64,000 nt of DNA from an uncultured Actinomycetota bacterium (lineage in GTDB: Bacteria > Actinomycetota > Actinomycetes > JAHEKZ01), in contig CAVQYR010000001.1 of NCBI GenBank assembly GCA_963718235.1, positions 1,152,001-1,216,000 on the forward strand. The letters are read 5' to 3'. Each line of letters begins with the position of its first letter. Positions within the stretch are counted from its first letter, which is position 1. The translations under genes and the position numbers were made by a program. Positions 60,637 through 64,000 of this stretch are shown here, piece by piece. Under the pieces are notes generated by a model that made no database searches, had not been told where the DNA came from, and saw only the letters and a list, made by a program, of their open reading frames with translations.

Positions 60637-63243
60637 ATGCTCGACGACGAGCGCACGACCAGCACCACCGACCAGACCGACCGCCCGACCGCGACCCAGT
60701 CCGAGCCGAGCGCGACGCCACCCCCCAAGCGAACCCGGCGTCGGGCGGCCAGCCGCCCCGCGGGGCCCCCGGCTGAGGCCCCTGCCGCGCCCACCGGGGC
60801 CGCGGCCACCACCGAGGCGCCCAGACGACAGCGCACGACCAAGATCACCATGACTGACGCCCAGGCCCAGGCGGCCGACGCGGCCGCACCGGCTGCGGCC
60901 AAGGCAGCGAGCAAGCCGGCCGCGAAGGCTGCCGCCAAGACGACGGCCAAGACCACCAAGGCTGCGGCCAAGTCGCCGGAGAAGACGTCGGCCAAGACCG
61001 CCGGCAAGACCACGGCCAAGGCGGCGGCCAAGAAGACGAGCAAGGCCGCCGCGGGCGCCCTGGAGACCACCGCTGAGACCGCGACCAGCGACAAGCCCAA
61101 GCGGTCGCGCAAGAAGGCGACCGCGGCCCCCGCGTTCTCCGCCGAACCAGAGACCGCCCCGGCGGACGTGGCGGCCGGAGTGCCGGCCACCACCGCTCTG
61201 TTCCAGCCACCGGAGCCGGTGACGGCTCCGCGGCGACGTACCGCGAAGAAGGCCGCGTCGACCGCGCCGGACCTCCCCGACGCAGACGACACGGAGTCGG
61301 CCGAGTTGGACTCTGACGCGGCCGGCGAGGAGGGCGGCGAGGGCGCTGCCGAGGGTGGACGCCGCCGGCGCCGCCGCGGTGGCCGCGGCCGCCGCGGTCG
61401 TTCACGCACCGGCGAGGGTGAGTCGGCAGGCGAGGACACCGACACCGACGAACGGGCCGACGAGCCGGCCGACCAGCGCGAGCAGGCTGCCGACAGCGGC
61501 GCCGACGCGGACGACGAGGGCACCGGCACCACCCGACGTCGTCGCCGTCGTCGCCGTCGGGGTGGCGGCTCGGGCGAGGGCGACGAGCCCGGGGACGACC
61601 CGGCGCGCACCGTCGTGCACGTCCGCCAGCCCCGCAAGAAGGCGTCCGACGCCGACGGCTCGGGGATCAGCGGCGTCAAGGGGTCGACCCGCCTCGAGGC
61701 CAAGAAGCAGCGGCGCCGTGAGGGCCGCGAGCAGGGCCGCCGCCGTCCACCGGTGCTGTCCGAAGCAGAGTTCCTGGCCCGGCGTGAGTCGGTCGACCGG
61801 GTGATGGTCGTGCGCCAGGTGGAGGATCGGACCCAGATCGGCGTGCTCGAGGACGATGTGCTGGTCGAGCACTACATCGCTCGGGAGTCGACGGCGTCGA
61901 TGGCCGGGAGCGTCTACCTCGGCCGGGTGCAGAACGTGCTTCCGAGCATGGAGGCCGCCTTCGTCGACATCGGGCGTGGTCGTAACGCCGTGCTCTACGC
62001 CGGTGAGGTCAACTGGGACGCTGCTGGCCTGGACGGGCAGCCGCGCCGGATCGAGCACGCGATGAAGTCCGGCGACGCGGTCCTGGTGCAGGTCACCAAG
62101 GACCCGATCGGCCACAAGGGTGCTCGGCTCACTGCGCAGGTCTCGCTGCCCGGCCGCTACCTGGTGTACGTGCCGGACGGCTCGATGACCGGGATCAGCC
62201 GCAAGCTGCCCGACCAGGAGCGCACCCGCCTCAAGGGGATCCTCAAGCGGGTCGTTCCCGACGACGCGGGCGTGATCGTGCGCACCGCCGCGGAGGGGGC
62301 GAGCGAGGAGGAGCTCCAGCGAGACGTCAGCCGCCTCGCCGCGCAGTGGGAGGAGATCACCAAGAAGGCCAAGACGGCGCAGGCTCCGGCGGTGCTCTAC
62401 GAGGAGGCCGACCTCACGGTTCGGGTGATCCGGGACATCTTCAACGAGGACTTCGCCTCGCTGGTCGTGAGCGGTGACGGGGCCTGGCAGACGATCGAGG
62501 GGTACCTCACCCACGTGGCCCCGGACCTCGTGCCCAGGCTCAGCAAGTGGACCGAACCGGGGGACGCGTTCGCCGCCCACCGGATCGACGAGCAGCTCGC
62601 CAAGGCCCTCGACCGCAAGGTCTGGCTGCCCAGTGGGGGCTACCTCATCTTCGACCCGACCGAGGCCATGACGGTGGTCGACGTCAACACCGGCAAGTTC
62701 ACCGGCTCCGGGGGCAACCTGGAGGAGACGGTCACCAGGAACAACATCGAGGCGGCCGAGGAGATCGTCCGCCAGCTGCGCCTGCGGGACATCGGCGGGA
62801 TCATCGTCGTCGACTTCATCGACATGGTCCTGGAAGGCAACCGCGAGCTGGTCCTGCGGCGCCTGCTGGAGGCCCTCGGCCGCGACCGCACCAAGCACCA
62901 GGTGGCCGAGGTCACCTCCCTGGGCCTGGTCCAGATGACCCGCAAGCGGGTCGGGCAGGGGCTGCTCGACGCCTTCTCGACGCCCTGCGAAGCCTGCAAC
63001 GGGCGTGGTCGCCACGTCCATGCCGACCCGGTCGAGCCCAAGGGTGGGGGGCGAGGCGACGCGAAGTCGGCTCCAGCCAAGCCCGCCCGGCGCAAGCGTG
63101 GGGCCGCCAAGGCCGAGGAGGCCGAGCGGGAGGCCGCTGCTGCTGCTGCCGCCGCTGCTGCCGCTGCTGTCGCCTCGATCGCCAAGGCGTCGGCGCTGGT
63201 CGAGGTGGAGGCGCCCGAGGAGCTGGTCGCTCCGTCGGTTTGA
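60637..63243 (+). CDS. rne: Ribonuclease E/G
   Basis: S1 domain VQNVLPSMEAAFVDIG, DVNTG, GGIIVVDFIDM, CEAC. Confidence 0.95.
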   Translation: MLDDERTTSTTDQTDRPTATQSEPSATPPPKRTRRRAASRPAGPPAEAPAAPTGAAATTEAPRRQRTTKITMTDAQAQAADAAAPAAAKAASKPAAKAAAKTTAKTTKAAAKSPEKTSAKTAGKTTAKAAAKKTSKAAAGALETTAETATSDKPKRSRKKATAAPAFSAEPETAPADVAAGVPATTALFQPPEPVTAPRRRTAKKAASTAPDLPDADDTESAELDSDAAGEEGGEGAAEGGRRRRRRGGRGRRGRSRTGEGESAGEDTDTDERADEPADQREQAADSGADADDEGTGTTRRRRRRRRRGGGSGEGDEPGDDPARTVVHVRQPRKKASDADGSGISGVKGSTRLEAKKQRRREGREQGRRRPPVLSEAEFLARRESVDRVMVVRQVEDRTQIGVLEDDVLVEHYIARESTASMAGSVYLGRVQNVLPSMEAAFVDIGRGRNAVLYAGEVNWDAAGLDGQPRRIEHAMKSGDAVLVQVTKDPIGHKGARLTAQVSLPGRYLVYVPDGSMTGISRKLPDQERTRLKGILKRVVPDDAGVIVRTAAEGASEEELQRDVSRLAAQWEEITKKAKTAQAPAVLYEEADLTVRVIRDIFNEDFASLVVSGDGAWQTIEGYLTHVAPDLVPRLSKWTEPGDAFAAHRIDEQLAKALDRKVWLPSGGYLIFDPTEAMTVVDVNTGKFTGSGGNLEETVTRNNIEAAEEIVRQLRLRDIGGIIVVDFIDMVLEGNRELVLRRLLEALGRDRTKHQVAEVTSLGLVQMTRKRVGQGLLDAFSTPCEACNGRGRHVHADPVEPKGGGRGDAKSAPAKPARRKRGAAKAEEAEREAAAAAAAAAAAAVASIAKASALVEVEAPEELVAPSV

Positions 63244-63405
63244 CCCTTCGGCGGGGGGGTGCAGTACCCTGGGCCACGGCGCAGTCGCGCCTCGTCCCTG
63301 TGTGACGTCCCCGGTCCGACCGGGCGGCCTCGCGCGGGCGGTGATTGACCGTCGATGACCGGATCGGTGATCGGCACCCATGCAGCAGACGTGAAGGAGT
63401 CCGCG

Positions 63406-63717
63406 GTGTACGCGATCGTCCGTGCTGGCGGCCGTCAGGAGAAGGTCGCTGTCGGCGATGTCGTCCGGATCGACCAGGTCGAGGGCGCCGTCGGCTCGAC
63501 GCTGACCCTGCCCGCAGTGCTGCTGGTCAACGGCGAGACGGTCACCAGTGACCCCAAGGCGCTGGCAGCCGTGACCGTGACCGCCGAGGTCGTCGGAGCG
63601 GCCAAGGGCCCCAAGATCATCATCCACAAGTTCAAGAACAAGACCGGCTACCGCAAGCGGCAGGGCCATCGGCAGCACTACACCGAGGTCCGCGTCACCG
63701 GTATCGACGGCAAGTAG
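63406..63717 (+). CDS. rplU: 50S ribosomal protein L21
   Basis: [17 protein letters not shown]. Confidence 0.97.
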   Translation: MYAIVRAGGRQEKVAVGDVVRIDQVEGAVGSTLTLPAVLLVNGETVTSDPKALAAVTVTAEVVGAAKGPKIIIHKFKNKTGYRKRQGHRQHYTEVRVTGIDGK

Positions 63718-63735
63718 CGGCGAGGAGCAGCAGAC

Positions 63736-63990
63736 ATGGCACACAAGAAGGGCGCCTCGTCGACCCGCAACGGTCGTGACTCCAACGCCCAGCGGCTCGG
63801 CGTCAAGCGCTTCGGCGGTCAGATCGTCGGCCCGGGGGAGATCATCGTCCGCCAGCGCGGCACCCACTTCCACCCCGGAGCCAACGTCGGTCGCGGTGGC
63901 GACGACACGCTGTTCGCCCTGGCCAGCGGTGCCGTGGAGTTCGGCACCCGGCGGGGTCGCCGCGTCGTCAACGTCGTCCCGGCGGAGTGA
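63736..63990 (+). CDS. rpmA: 50S ribosomal protein L27
   Basis: [16 protein letters not shown]. Confidence 0.98.
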   Translation: MAHKKGASSTRNGRDSNAQRLGVKRFGGQIVGPGEIIVRQRGTHFHPGANVGRGGDDTLFALASGAVEFGTRRGRRVVNVVPAE

Positions 63991-64000
63991 CCGGCCGCTC

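Noticed and set aside
63134-63170. GCT/GCC triplet run in rne
   Set aside because: Encodes an in-frame poly-Ala linker; ordinary low-complexity sequence.

Overview
High-GC actinobacterial chromosome window with two parts. The right part (39.6-64 kb) is conserved core: tRNA-Gly(TCC), tRNA-Pro(TGG), tig-clpP1-clpP2-clpX, valS, folC, a glutamate decarboxylase gene, ndk, mreBCD-mrdA-rodA, a radical SAM pair, rne, rplU and rpmA. The left part (1-39.6 kb) is accessory DNA downstream of tRNA-Gly. The 45-bp 3' half of the tRNA recurs at 27824 and 18913, delimiting tandemly integrated elements, and two of these share a near-identical 305-bp end. The most notable observation is in the tRNA-proximal element. 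A tyrosine integrase gene is followed by about 15 small, unrelated genes or gene fragments. Almost every intergenic gap holds one copy of an oriented ~40-bp site (CCGAH-GTGCCG-WT...N22-28...CGGCA). The sites face left in the left half and right in the right half, diverging from a palindromic centre. This resembles an integron-like gene-cassette array whose sites are not attC. Weaker copies occur in the neighbouring element and at the window start. Also present: an Rv0081-Rv0087-like hydrogenase-related (Ehr) operon, a Tat multicopper oxidase, an SNF2 helicase and a CYP255-like P450. Frameshifts in valS and mrdA suggest assembly errors, so pseudogene calls are tentative. All family assignments come from motif recognition, not database searches.
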